A DNA stretch of 64,000 nucleotides from assembly GCF_031769215.1 (NCBI RefSeq), contig NW_026781977.1, forward strand, positions 868,001-932,000, given 5' to 3'. The notes under the pieces are model-generated. The model saw nothing but the letters and a program-made list of their open reading frames with translations. It was not told the DNA's origin and made no database searches. Of this stretch, positions 1 through 13,900 are shown piece after piece. A program made the position numbers and the translations under genes. The first letter of the stretch is position 1, and every line of letters begins with the position of its first letter. This stretch comes from Ylistrum balloti. Taxonomy: Eukaryota.

Positions 1-1425
1 AAAAGTTTAAAGTCAATATTGTCAAGAACGCTTTAGAACAGCTGATTGATAATTAAGCTGGTACATGGTTTCCGTTATCGTCAGAGAATTAAAAATTACA
101 AAGTAGATTCATAACCCATTCGCCAAGGCAAATTTTGTTGCGAGTAAGTAGCGCATGCGTAAATCGATGATCATTAGCGAAGTCATATACATCTAAATGC
201 AAATAATGCTCATCAAAATGGCCCATTTGTCGGTGCTTACATAGGTTACAGAAGCATTTTGGTAATACATACTTTTAGTGATCGCGATTGTTCGCTATTT
301 AAAAACAAAATCAGAAAACACGATTCGGAATAGCTTTTATATTAGACCTAAAGATATGTCATAGTCGCCTGATTATTGTCAGAGATTGAGTTCTTCTCAG
401 CCGTGATCCGCCGTACTATAACTTTAAAGCCTTTCATTATTTGAGGAAAGCAGTTTTATCTCCAGAAATTGTACCGCAAAGTCCTTTGATAATGCCCTTG
501 TTTTTTCCCAATTTACATGTGAATTGTTGTTAGGCATCAGATGGGTTTGTTCCTGTCCAAATATGACATTTTTGCATGGTTAAAAGTAGCCTGAGGATAG
601 ATTTTGTGAAAAAGAAAATTGATTTTAAACGTCTTACATTAAACCACACTGAGTAGTAAAAACATGGATAAGAAAAGATGGATATATTTACAAACACAGC
701 AGCAGTACAATGGTAAAGTACTTAATTCTAATTATAACTTGAAATGTAAAGAAAGCTTATCCTAATCTGCAGTTCCGGTTACTATACATGGAAACCATAT
801 TCGTCATTACCTCATGTTGTTGCCAAAATAGTGTGAAAGCAGGGTTATCATTTAACTGTTAGCGCATGAATATATTTCCTTTTGAACGACCATGCGACAT
901 TATAAACCAACCGGAAAGAAGTGTAATTAAAGTTACCATGAAAGTCATCCTGCACGTGACCGTTATGATTTAAGTATTGTTTGCACAAAAATGGCCCAAT
1001 ACACTGTGAATTTCTTTTCATTTATTTGTTTTATTTAAGTTTAAAACAGGTTATAATCGACATCAAAATTAAGAGCTGTAGGTGCAACAAACAAGTTATT
1101 TTGTTTTGTTTTTTTTCGTTGTCTTTTACAATGACCATAAATGCCATTATATAACATTGCAGTTCGAGATTCATATAACATTTAAGAATATAATGGCCTG
1201 AAAAACATGACCCATCGCTTGGATACATGATTATGTTTCCTTCCTAATCTCTTTACTTTCGAGAGGCATTTTGTAATTTATTGTTGGATATGATGGATGT
1301 TTCATATCTTTGTATGTCAACAGCAAACCAAATTCAAAAACAAAAACAGAAAAAAAGTTCATAAATGATAGAATGGCTGAGTGTTTAGATTGGAGATTCA
1401 CACTTCATCAAGGAGCAATGTATCT

Positions 1426-1450
1426 TATATATATATATATATATATATAT
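1426..1450. repeat. (TA)n microsatellite
   Basis: Uninterrupted TA run of about 25 nt, read directly. Confidence 0.95.
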
Positions 1451-2336
1451 TTACATATTATGTTGAAATTATTTTCTCATTGACGTTCGAATAATAGGTA
1501 TGAGAAAACCATTTTGGCAAAAGATGATGTTTGGCTGGCTTCGATATCTGTATTATTTAAGAGACAGTTTTATCACGAAAGCCTTCTGGGACAAATAGAT
1601 CTCTCTTTAAGACAACGTTTTATCTATGGAGGCGCTCATGACGTGCTATTGATTCAATAGATGATGATCTATCCCGGCGCGGAAGTTGTAAAGGCACTTT
1701 ATTCTCTTTTGCGAAACTTCCGCCGTGTTAATGTAATAAAACTGAAGATCAACCGGCCAAACACCTTTAAAAGTCTGGTGACAAAGTTCATATGGTAATG
1801 GTATAGGACTTTATAGGGCTCGTAAACATATCTAGTATCTTAGACAGGCAAAACATTTATGTGATACTGAAATAGATGAAATACTCTTTCAGAAGACAGC
1901 AAAACGACACACAAGTGAATAGTACCTGGCAATACAAATTAAGAGATAGATACAGTAGAGCGAAATATTGAATTAATACCGCTGCTTTGCTCTTCTTAGA
2001 ATCGTCACTGCTAGTGTTGGTCTTAACTGTTGGAACATGGAAGGCAACCAAGGAATGCATGTCAAAAACAAGATGGAGGGTGTCAATAAATTTCATTATT
2101 TTCAATACTGAATTATTTTAAAAGAGCATTCAGCGCGTGTGAATATATTCTGAACCGAGCCACTATTTGATTAAATTAAAACATGGTATACAAATCTGGG
2201 AATAATCTAGATGATTTAGCTTCCATTAGAAATGTCTACCACCTGCAATCTTGAAGATTGTACAAATGACACACAATAGCACCTTTCAATGCAACAATAG
2301 AAGTAGATACCGTATAGCGAAATAATGAACCAAATC

Positions 2337-2367
2337 GCATCATACAGCTGTCACAAACTCGTCTGTG
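2337..2367 (-). ncRNA. Decayed hammerhead ribozyme relic (same family as the 21863-22020 array)
   Basis: Reverse complement reads cacagacgagtttgtgacagctgtatgatgc, versus array consensus cactgacgagtcc-tagat-ggacgaaacagctgtatgatgc. The core is mutated (CAGACGA) and stem II/GAAA are largely deleted. Confidence 0.55.
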
Positions 2368-5300
2368 TTATTGAAGTGCGATATTTTGTAATCTAGGAGG
2401 CGGCTGAGGAAACCTAAAATGTCAAAAATAAAGATAGGACGGTGAACCAGGTCTATAATTCATTTAATTTCGAAATTTTCATCAATATCAAAATTCATAT
2501 TTTAAACCACTCTGTATTTATATGACCGAATTAAAATTAAGATTTTATAAACACTTTACGGTCAAGCTCAGGTTATACTGGACACTGATATACATTACAA
2601 AGAAACCGGTCGTTTTTCTATTACGTGAAGAGTTAATGATCAGAATGTAATACAGGGAGTATGTAAAATATGTTGGTGTCTTCAGCGTTCTTCTGGAAAT
2701 CACTGATATGTGATTAAAAAGTAATATCGTTGTCACATATCTTAGAGTAGCACCCATAAATGATTATTTCATTTAACTCACGATAAAATCTTTTTCGTGC
2801 GCTTGTTTCAATTTCCTTTCATGGACTTGTTTGAATTTCGTATGGTCCATATAGCCCGAGAACAATATTTAGGTTTCAGATATTTGTAATCCTGTATCTA
2901 CCAGAACCTCGATTGGGCTTTGTGGGATTAGAACCAAGGTGAAGAGTCTATTAACCTAAGGAATAGATAAATACGATCATCTGTGTTTGTTCCAGATAAG
3001 CGGCAGACACTCAAGGTTGTAATTTGACAGCAACGCCCCCTACAGGCGATCGCTGGTGTTAGATTAATCAACAGCATATAGTGGCTCCCGTCTGAAATCC
3101 CCGGAGCCAAACTCTATCAACTGGTGTAAACGAGCGGGATCTGTTGGACGACATCAATACTTCATCCGAGGTCTTTATGCTCGTATCTCTCGATTACAGT
3201 CACAATTTTATTAAGTTTGCTCAGATAACTTACAATTTCTTTGCATATAAACATGCGGAAATTAGCCTGATGATTGCAAGTTCCGGTAATCAGATAAGGC
3301 ACTGTGTCTGTTTAGTGACTTATCGCATCCTGTTCGGACAGGGATCATAACACATCTGTCGATGTTCAAAGCCTGGTTAATATGGGTGGACAAGGTGGTA
3401 ACTCAATAACGACAATATCGACCTATTTCTGATCTCAATAACGACACTATTGACCTGTTTCTGGTATCATGATTTCCACTGGTCGGTGATTGGTGTCTGC
3501 TTTATGTAGACACTGGTGATTATTGTCATGGTACTCATGATCTGTTGGACTTTTGTTGCCAAACTCTTAGTGATATAGATGGTGTTACAAGCATTGTAAT
3601 GAGCGTCAGATTTCATAGAAATTGATCATGTGCTCGTCATCAGATGCTTTTTCTTTGGTAAGCAAAGAATCAAAAACAATAAAGAGACATAAATAGGCAC
3701 GCATTGAAACAACAACATTATCATTCAAGTTGGATATAAAGAAAAGGCAAATAATATACATATGTTTTATAAAGAGCATCGGCTGACATGATGTCGACTG
3801 AAATAGGCTAGGGATACTGTTATATGTCTTTACTTAAAAGCAAAATAGACATGGTATATAGAGGAAATGAGATTCAGTCAACGAAAATAACGTTGATATA
3901 TAATGCATTTAGTGTATAGATATACCTCAGCATATAGGCTGATATCAACTTTCAATAAAAAAAACCAGAATCAGAAAATGTAGAACCAAATTATGACAGT
4001 GTTGCTTCGTCCTGCAAGAGCACGCCAATGATGTGCGCTAGCCCGTCAATTCATGTCATTTCCTTGTTTTCCACGCTTATATTCTGAACTTTGTTACTAT
4101 TCAAAAAAGGAATCAGATTGCAGGTTACGCCTGACTCAAGTCTACCAAAAGTGTCTACCACATGCAATCACACAGACTGCACAAAAGACACCCAAGTGAA
4201 TAGTATCTTTCAAAGTTACTTGGCACAAAGAGCGGGCGGAATATTATCAATAACTCATTATTGCTTTTTTATATCATCGTTCTTCTTCATTAAATGAAAC
4301 TGTCTTTTATGTTAACACGTTTCATAAAGAAAGTACATTCAAGAGAAATATTGATGTTTTAGCAATTATACGACGATCGTCACCGGCGCCTTTCGTCCAG
4401 TGATACTATTACTATGATAAATGGACCGAAAATGCAAAGATTAAGAGTCATACTCGAAAATGGCATTCGGTGCTTCACCAAGTATCAATTAAATCGTGCG
4501 TCTCTATCAATTTTAGGTGATATCAAGAATGCGTCGACGGGGCCTAATGAACGTTCTTGACTAATGTTTATGAATAGAAAGGTTCAGACCTTTCGAAGAT
4601 ATTATTTTTTTGTACTTTTTCATCTCATTTTTTCACATTTTTTTCCATTTCCGAGAAGGTTTATCTTAATAAATATTTATTTTTCGGAGATTCACGCTGT
4701 GAGACGTTTTCCACCAAAGGGGTGTCGTTCATTTAATCTGAGAATGACATATTTCAATTATTATTTTGTGCTGATTACAAATGAAACACAATAATCTTTT
4801 CTTCACTTTCTTTTTTCTTTCCATCGACATTTTAACAATAGGAAGAGTGACAGTTTTGCACTGATCGACTTTTGAAAGCCTATCAATGAATCACCATATT
4901 GGAACAAGTCCAAAGTCTTTACAAGGTTAGAGAAAAGATAATATTTTACAGGAATAGGACAGAAAAGGAAAACGGCGATAAATACTATCCGTTTGATATT
5001 TATGTCATGAGAGAGAAATGCATTGTGTGGCATGCACTTTGCTTGTCATGATAATAGATTGCACGTGAGCACGAGGATGATAACTATTCCATAAACAGTT
5101 AATGGACAAAGAGAGGTAGGTTATTCATATTTTCTGAATTTACCAGCAATTATGCAGTTATAAATGATGCGGTAACGAAGCTTCAGCAAATGCTTCTAAG
5201 TGCTTTTAACCCTTAAGCAACAATGTTTTGTCGTCGTCTATAATGGATTTGTTTGTATATACTTTTGAACGTCTTGGGTATTGCAGTTTCAGATTTTGAC

Positions 5301-6904
5301 TACTTGAAATATATTCTTGAAAGTTTAAAATGATAACACAGGTTTTACAACCCATATATTTGGATAGATGGATTTGCCAGTAATTATGAAAAATATGTTT
5401 AAGCGTTTCGGTTACTTACAAACATCGTCTGCGATAATGGTATGTAATTTTGAAACAACATTATCCTTGTACTATGTAACCTATTGTTCATATATGCATC
5501 TTCCTAGACTTCCAATGTTGAAAACAAACTGCTGGCGAATTTGTGAGTGTTATGGTTGTCAAGTCGATCTGAGAAATGTTATCATTATTAACATTTTTTG
5601 AACTGACAAATCTGGCTTCCATTTAAATCCAAATCTAATTTAATTTTAAATCTAATCTACATTTTCATGGCGGTTGTCGTCGATTAAGCAAGAGACACTT
5701 GCCCTTCTGGAACACCTAGTCTTATTTTCTTGTTATTTTTCATGAGTTTCGTTATTACTATTTGAATTGAGTTGGATAATGATGTCATTGACATGTTGGT
5801 ATGTTTTGTTATTTGCGACAAAACTCAAACTGAAGGTTAGCTCATTTAGGACGTTTACTGGCAGTTATAAGGTATTTACAGATTCACTAGGTCTAAACAG
5901 AAAGACTTCAACGAAGGGAAACAAAGAAAAAGAATCACACCACATATTATTTATAATTAAATGATAGGAATGACATCATACTTACAGCTCGTCAATTAAT
6001 TTTGATTTGAAGTGTGTCATTTCTTATTGTTAAGAATATTCATACATGATTTATCTGTCTGTCTCTTTATTTTTTAAGGAAATTTTTTATGCTTAGCGCA
6101 TACATTTCGTCAATCAATGGATAGAGAATATAAACTTCTCAATTAACATTCGATTTTCAAGAACGTAACATTGTAAACAGCGATCTCGCTAATACAACGA
6201 AGCCAATACCTTTAGTTGTAATACGATCGGTTAATAGATTTTCCACAGAACAATGCAAACTTGGCTATCATTAGGAAGCTGCCAAACGCTAAATTTCGTC
6301 ATCTGCTGTAATTCATTCAGCCAAATTTAATGTTTCCGTTGCAGTGACGTCAGAGCTGGTTGAAAATTACGTCGATTTGAATAAAATTATAGGTGTTCAA
6401 ACTGAATGAGTCGATACCGTGCAAAGTTAAGGTATAATAGCTATGATTACAAGTGATTTAAGTTTATAATTATTGCATTGTTACGCTAAATTTCATTGGC
6501 GGAAAATACAAACCATTGCAAAATCAAATTTCATTGGTTTATATGTCAAAGACGAAGATTCGCGATCAAACAAGGCTTATTTAGCCTAAATACAGACGAC
6601 ATGCGTTGAAAATTACGACGACACAGCGAAAACTAATCAGGTATTTTAAAATCATTTAGTTGTTATAAGATATATTCATTTTTTTCAGAATTACGTTTCC
6701 TTGACGTCGGTTCGTTATCCCTATTTATGGGAAGAGTTCTCAAAATCTTCACTTGTGAAAATTTTGAATGCACTTTTTACAAGCATCGAGGAAATGAACA
6801 ATATATTTTAAAGTGTTAAGCGAATTCTAAGCATACGATGTAATTACAAAATTATCGCTGTGAGGAAACATAAAAAATTACACAGTAATGATATTAATTA
6901 TTAT

Positions 6905-7112
6905 ACGAGTCAGCTGTATGATGCAGGTTTAAGTTTTGTATTTTGAAAGGTGAATTTCTTTTGTATGTTCTTTGTACAGTTTTAAAAACTATAGTCAATG
7001 TTAACAAATAGAAACATATTATCTATTCCTCATACAACAAACATCTATATACTCCTCATTGTCTCTTAGCTTTCAATAAGTACAAGAAGGATGAAACACC
7101 TGTATGATGCAG
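6905..7112 (+). ncRNA. Two decayed hammerhead relics 186 bp apart
   Basis: 6905-6926 acgagtcagctgtatgatgcag (centre deleted) and 7074-7112 caataagtacaagaaggatgaaacacctgtatgatgcag both align to the array unit; the second keeps a GGAT-GAAAC-ACCTG-TA-TGATGC layout. Confidence 0.5.
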
Positions 7113-8261
7113 TTATACTCTTAATTGGAAGACACTTTCACATGTTTGTATTCAATTAAGAGCTGTTTTGATTTCCATCGCAAAAACACTTTTTTTACTT
7201 TTTGATAGATAATTTAATATTGAATGAATAAGGTCAGATCATAGGTTCTGTATCATGCACGGTGGTTATCGTGTCACACTATAATATTTAACTCGGATTC
7301 CAGTTCTATTGTATGATCAACCACCGTAATATGGTGTCTTTCACCTACATTAACAACTTCAATTTCCACTGCCAAAACTCTGTTTTGTTAATGTATAGTT
7401 CTGATTCTGTGGAAAGCTTTGCTGAATGTTATGCATATCGACGCTGTTGTGGATTGCATGTGTATTAGCAAAATATCAGTGCCTTGTTTGTTAACACATT
7501 TTACGTAAATTTTGTAGCTTTTTTCATCTCCAATGGTACATCTGTTATCATGACACAGAAAGCATATCAAGTATGATGTTTGAACCATACTTTGTCATGC
7601 CCTTGACAAAGTACCATGTCAGTATATGCAGATATCAGTATACTACATGCTAGTCTGTTGTATAGTTGGTATTTCATTTATGTATTCGTTTCAAAATTTC
7701 CATGTTTCATTCTGGGATCTCTGTAGTGATGATAAAGTATTCAAGTAAGATATCAAGAAAACACACGAAGGCAAAAGGAAACAAAACACAGATTACATAC
7801 ATAGAAAGCGCATGCTACATCCTTCTTTTACTGGTCGAAATACCCTTAGAAGCATATTAGCTTCGATCAACAAGGAATTGCGCGGACTGAATCAGTGCAA
7901 AGGACATTCCTACGGTATGCTAACATATCTAATTATGAACCTCGCTAATGCGGTCGTTAATCGTCGTAAATACAGTTATTAAGAATTCGATATTTGTGTT
8001 AAAGGCGTATACAAGATAACCGACAACAGTGTAAAGCATCTGGTTTTCTTACCAAAATGAAAAACTTGATATAGTTTTCAATCCTAGGATTCATAGTTTG
8101 CATAATAGGGACCAAACACATGACGTCATTTGAAATAATGTGGACAAGTATTCAATATGTACCTTGCGAACAATAAGTTATCCATTCAACTTCTTTACAA
8201 GACTTGAAACACTATTTTCTTTGTCGATATCGTGAATAATCTTTACCCATGAACATATATA

Positions 8262-9716
8262 CTCAAGGGATAAAGAAACGCTATGTGACAGTATCGAATG
8301 TTGCATTACTGTATTGCGTGAAGATGTCTTCCGGGGAAAGCACGAAACAGGAAAATCTCGTGTACAGCAGTGTTGTGACATTGAGTTACACTGCTCGACA
8401 TACCATTATGTAGTCTTCATAGAGACACATCATTTTCCGATATTTTGATTAATTTCTGATAGCATTTAACAATGGCACGGCTGACGGAAGTTCAGATGAG
8501 TCAGGCCATTGCTATGATTATGCAAGGTAAAAGGCAAATACAGGTTGCCACACATTTCGGTGTTCATATTTGCACTATAGAACGTATTGTTAGACGTCTA
8601 AGGGAAAGTGGACGGGTTGCTGACAGATCTAGGTCTGGGCGTCCGCGCGTGACATCATAACATCAGGATAAGTTTATCCATCTCGCGCAATTGCGCAATC
8701 GGCACCTCACTGCCACTGAATCTGTCCTTCATATCATAGGTACTCATAACCGCCCTATCAATGCAAAATCTGTAAGGAAATAATTGAGAAAATTTGATCT
8801 GCGGGCACGTCACCCATTTATTAGGTATACCCCTTACCGCTGCTCGTCGCCAGCGTCATATAGCTTGGGTGGCGGCACATGCCCACAGTATATTCCCATT
8901 GAGGCAATGGAGGCGGTTCTTGTTTACTGATGAATCTCGGTTCACCCTGTTTCGAGCAGACGTTTGACGTCGCGTATACCGACGTCATGGAGAACGTTTT
9001 GCCGACTGCTGCGTATTAGAGACGGATAGGTTTGTGGCGGATCGATTAAGGTTTGGAAGGAATTTCATATGGAGTTAAATCACCACTGGTTATGGTAGCG
9101 GGTAAGGTACCTGCTGCTAGGTATAGAGATGAGATCCTCCGAGCCCATGTTGTCCCATTATTGCAGCAAAACAACCTTACATTTCAGCAGGATGTTCAGT
9201 CCCGTCCCATATAGCGAGGATATGTCGCAACTTTCTTACTAACATCAAAATCTGCCCACTGGACTGGCTGCCATACAGTCCCGACTTATCCCCTATTGAG
9301 CACTTGTGGTAGCAGCTGGATAGACAGGTTCGACCATGCCAGTCTCCCCTGTTACTCTGGCCCACCTGAGAGCATCCCTCTTGGAAGAATGGGCTAACAT
9401 ACCAATGAGGAGGATAAACTCACTCATGAACTCCTTGCCTAGGAAAATCAGTGCTGTGGAGAGAGCGAATGGGGGACATAACCGGTATTGACTGGCCAGC
9501 TCCTACAACCAGTCCATTTCGATTTCAGATTACAGGATTATCTTTCAATTCCCTTCAATTACTCCAAAATCACTTACCATATACAAAAATTGTTGATTTT
9601 GCAGTTGGTTCTGTATGGATTAATCTTCATTTTTACTTTAAAATATTGAACATTATACTTGACATTTTGCCTAGAATCATCTTCAAAGTTTTCACATCGT
9701 TCCTTTATCCCTTGAG
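8262..9716 (+). mobile_element. Tc1/mariner (Tc1, DD34E-type) DNA transposon, full length but inactive
   Basis: TIRs ctcaagggataaagaaacg (8262-8280) and cgttcctttatcccttgag (9698-9716), 1 mismatch. TA target duplication at 8260-8261 and 9717-9718. Internal transposase relic. Confidence 0.92.
8472..9491 (+). pseudogene. Tc1 transposase pseudogene
   Basis: HTH-like N-terminus MARLTE...RSGRPRVT, FLFTDESRF (first D), FQQD (second D), PYSPDLSPIEHLW (E), C-terminal GGHNRY* at about 9471-9491. In-frame stops (8658, 8781 and after IEHLW) and frameshifts. Confidence 0.9.
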
Positions 9717-10837
9717 TATATTTTGTTTACATACAAGATCATTGAAATTATCATGCGATAGCAATTTTCCTGACATTTATGTCTGGTTCTGCAGATATTT
9801 TGCAGCAGTACGTCATCAACAATGATATATGGAAATTACTAACTGTGATTCCATCCTATAAACCATTTTCACCACTCATTAGCATCGAATTACTCAATAT
9901 CCACGAATTCCCATATCAACGTATTAATAAACCGAAAAATGTTACATGAATTTATAGTATTATATTTACATTTTGACTTCGCTCCGCCTCAATGAAACTA
10001 GTAATGTCACTTCGTTGCATTTCCCAATGAAAGATGTGGGTCGCGTGCTTTTTTTCTGTGCGGCGAATCACTTTATGTCGGCGTAGGAATACATTGTTTA
10101 CTCAAATCACACCTAGTAATATAGTTAACACTGCGAGGTAAAAATAATATTTCTGAATATGTAAGCTATTTTAATTATAAAAAACATTATTAATATTTGT
10201 TATGAATGACCATTTCATGTTGGATATATATATATTTAAATGTATAAACATGAAACAAATAAAAACTTCCAAGAACTATTTTTTTGCTGTTGTCTTGACG
10301 ACGAGAGCAGCTTGATGACTGCTGTTCCAAATGTATACACACATGTACGATAAGTACAACAATGTAGCAAACTGTCACTGTCATGTAGTGTAGTGTCCGT
10401 AGAAGGCATAATGTTTCAGCGGAATTTTAAAATATTAAATGTAAATATAAGGATTGGACTGATTGTCTATTTTGTTGCTTGCATGGACTGATGAAGGGAA
10501 GTGAACCTCGTGCAAATGAAGTGAACTGCGAACTGTAAGAGTTATGTTACGAGGCAACATATGGGTCACGTGATCAACTTTTTCTGTCCTCCCAAAAATT
10601 CATAACGGCAGATTAATTTGAACAAAATATATTATTTTGACTGATGTTAACCTGTGATCTTGATTACAATTTAAAATATGTTTTAAAGTCATTAAGAATG
10701 CTACTTAAAAATTAATACTATTTCTTACATTTTAAGTAACTTTACATTGAATTAATTATTTGCTTCCAATCTTATTCATATTCATTATCATTAAATATCA
10801 AACACTTATGGTGAATTAATTATGATATTAGACTGAA

Positions 10838-10982
10838 TACTGTAAAGATTTTTTTCCGACGGGTAATATTTTTACGGATTTAGAAGTTTTTAAACAGTGT
10901 AAAATTTTCTCTATCATTTTTTTCCTCGAAGTATCTTGTATTCCCAATTTTCATTCGTTTTTAAAATAGCAAACTACAGTAT
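10838..10982. mobile_element. Probable short MITE with tactgta...tacagta termini
   Basis: Begins tactgtaaagatttt and ends aaactacagta; similar 5' ends at about 25732 and 40770. Confidence 0.35.
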
Positions 10983-13900
10983 GGTGAATGTCCTTAGATT
11001 CAACAGAAAGTAAAAATATACTTCTACTTGTAGAATACAAGCACTTAAAACACAACCAGTAGAAGATTAGAGTGTTATAAGAACTTATGTTCCATTGATA
11101 TTACCAACCTGAAGAAAATGTTCCAAAAATACTTGTATTTTACATTTGAATGCCGCATTGTATTGTTATCAGACACCAAAACAGAATAACAGTTGTATGA
11201 TATACCGTTATCCACGTTTTTATTGACTTTCCTGATGTCTTGGTATCAAATCAGTCGTAGTGGTCACTTACTTTATCTTTTGTTTTTGCGTTCCCTGAAT
11301 GCTTGCTTTCAAAATTTTGAGTTACATCAAGATGCAGACTAAGCTACTTCAACGAGCCATCCTATTTAAATGATTTTGCTAGCTTACAACTTCGCTTAGC
11401 ATTGGTATATTTAACATTAGAGCATTGGCTGTACCTATCAGTCATCAAATCTCTTGTAATCATTTGGAAACTTCTCTGTGTTAAATTTGGAACATCTTAG
11501 GTGTCCGATTTGGAACTTCACGGGTGCGATTTTTGGACCATTTTAGGTGACACATTTGGAGAATGTCTAAAGTAAGACTGAAGATTGTAACACTGCTGAA
11601 TATTATGATTACCTCGCATTTTTAGGCTTTTTGGGAAAGTCTTTGTTAACGAGAAGTTAATTGCGAGCTTACGTAAGAAATCTACTTAAGCTTTGCGACA
11701 AGAGGCAGTATCAGTAATGATGTCACTAATCTTCCCAAGTTCCCATTAGAGCCAGTGTTGACTATAACACGAATCTCGTTTCGAAAAGAATTCTTCACTA
11801 AGCAAAATATATTGTATTTTAGAGAGCAAATTTTGACAATTTGTCTGAAGTAAAAATTTCAAAAATGAAAGCATGTTGATATGGAATTACTAATGAGTTC
11901 CAAGAGGATTTACTGAAATATAACACTTCAAGCAATGTACAGAATGTTATTAAATATTATTGTCTTAGCGTTAAGCAACAAAATACTAGTAGTCCCTTCA
12001 AAGCCATCATCTAAAGAGGTTCCTTTTAAATCCGAAGTTCAATATGTGCATTCCATTCAAGGGCATGGTAACTCGTGAAGTTTTTAGCAGTTTCCTTCAC
12101 AGAGAGGCGATACAGATACATACTGTTCATCAATTTAACATTGGTCGAAACTTGAAAGATACTGATATCGGGTTTTGTTGAATACAGTTAAAATAAACCT
12201 TATATCTTATTTCATTAGTTTACGACTCCCAGAAGTGTTAAGAGTCTATTTCATGTTTTTATCTAGAGGTTTGTCACTAACGCATGGTACGCCATTGTAA
12301 AACCAGTAATGGTAGCTGTAGTGTAAAATTATATCATATCTCTTCCAGACATTTACTATCGTACATCTAGCAAATAGTCTAGATATCGAGTTCTTTTCTC
12401 AAATTTACCATTATCGTTCCTTTGCTCCACATATGTGTTGCTTCAGTGGACAACTACGAATCTATCAGTTGTTGATATTAGACAATATTATATATATTTA
12501 GCCAACTAAACACCAGGTGGACCATTCTATTAATTTTACAAATCAAGTCTTTATTCTTAGATGAAGCTTTTCACGGCAGTCTTTTAAAACATTTTGTATC
12601 ACTGATTGAAATCATTTACATGTATAATTGTTTTATTATTGAGACAAGGTTTTTGGTTCAGTAGTTCAGTTCAGGTTAGGTGTAGAGACGAGGATTTTAG
12701 GTACGATAAGTTAAGTTTTTGGATACGTTTCATTAAACGCCAAATAATACTACTTTATAGTGAACGTATGAAAAATTCTAAAAACTATACTTTGATCTGC
12801 TTTATATTTAGTTCAATTCAAGATTCAAGTATTTTTGAAAGCTAATAAATCTGATTTCAAATTTTCATATTTTTCTCTTCAGATTTATTGATTTTCGGCA
12901 GAACTATTTTTGAGCACTAATGGTAATAACTAAACATTGATTTTATATTCTTCCAATATTGACCATTTCTGTATGATCATTTAAATCTGATGTATCTGAT
13001 GTAAAATATCCGAGACATATTTGTAACAAGTGTAGCAGAAATGCCAAGCAATTAATCGAGATTTTTTCTTCTACTTATGGCTATCTCGAGAAATAGTATT
13101 TTTTTGTTACAGTTATATGTTAACATTTTATTTTTGCGGATTGGTGCCACCTGTAATTGTGCTGAAAATGAACCTACATTTAAATTTTCTCAAAAATATA
13201 GCCTACAGTTGAAAGCAAACATTGTTGTGAACTGTCCACTTTGCTAAGGAGCTTGTTGTACTGAGAGTCTATTTGAATATCATAGATAGTGACAACCAAT
13301 CAGCAAAGTCCATTAGCATGTTAAAGAACTTTCGTTTCATAGCTGTGTGGTAAAACGACAAACGACCCGATCTGATCCCTTAGAAAACGAACCATATCAA
13401 AAAAGGTGTAATGTGTATGTTTGTCATATCTTACTTATGGAATATAGCATACACACTTTATCTCCCAGACGTTCTCAAAGCTATAAATGGCACTTAAAAT
13501 ATCTAATTCTTTTTATCGTGCCAGACGATGTTGATATGTAAACGGTCCGTGCATTCAAGTGATTTCATAATTTTAGTCCAGACAGGAGAAAAGTGTACTG
13601 AAGACGCAATTGTTTTAACAACAGTTTGGCAATGCTGCCTGTGAAAACCACGTGTTGTGTAGCACACTACTGCTAGTTTGGCCTAAGCTATACTTTTGTC
13701 TTCCAATATCAACTCATGATATAGCATGCAGCCAAGTGCTTTGGACTATCACAGACAAATTCTGGTGTCTTCTGTCCTAAATCTGATTACGGTAGTATGG
13801 TACTTTCTAACCGTGGTTATTTCACACCATACAATTTATCAGCCTTTATATAGGTACGTGCATATTTCATGTTTACTTCACATATGGTAAGAATAAAGTA

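Noticed and set aside
2900-3660. GC-richer segment with a 32-bp duplication (about 3402-3465)
   Set aside because: The minus-strand frames translated by hand are interrupted and no motif was recognised; probably an old TE.
11161-11205. gaataacagttgtatgatata, similar to the hammerhead 3' half; also cagctgtttc at about 18846
   Set aside because: Too short and AT-rich to distinguish from chance; no CUGANGA half is present.
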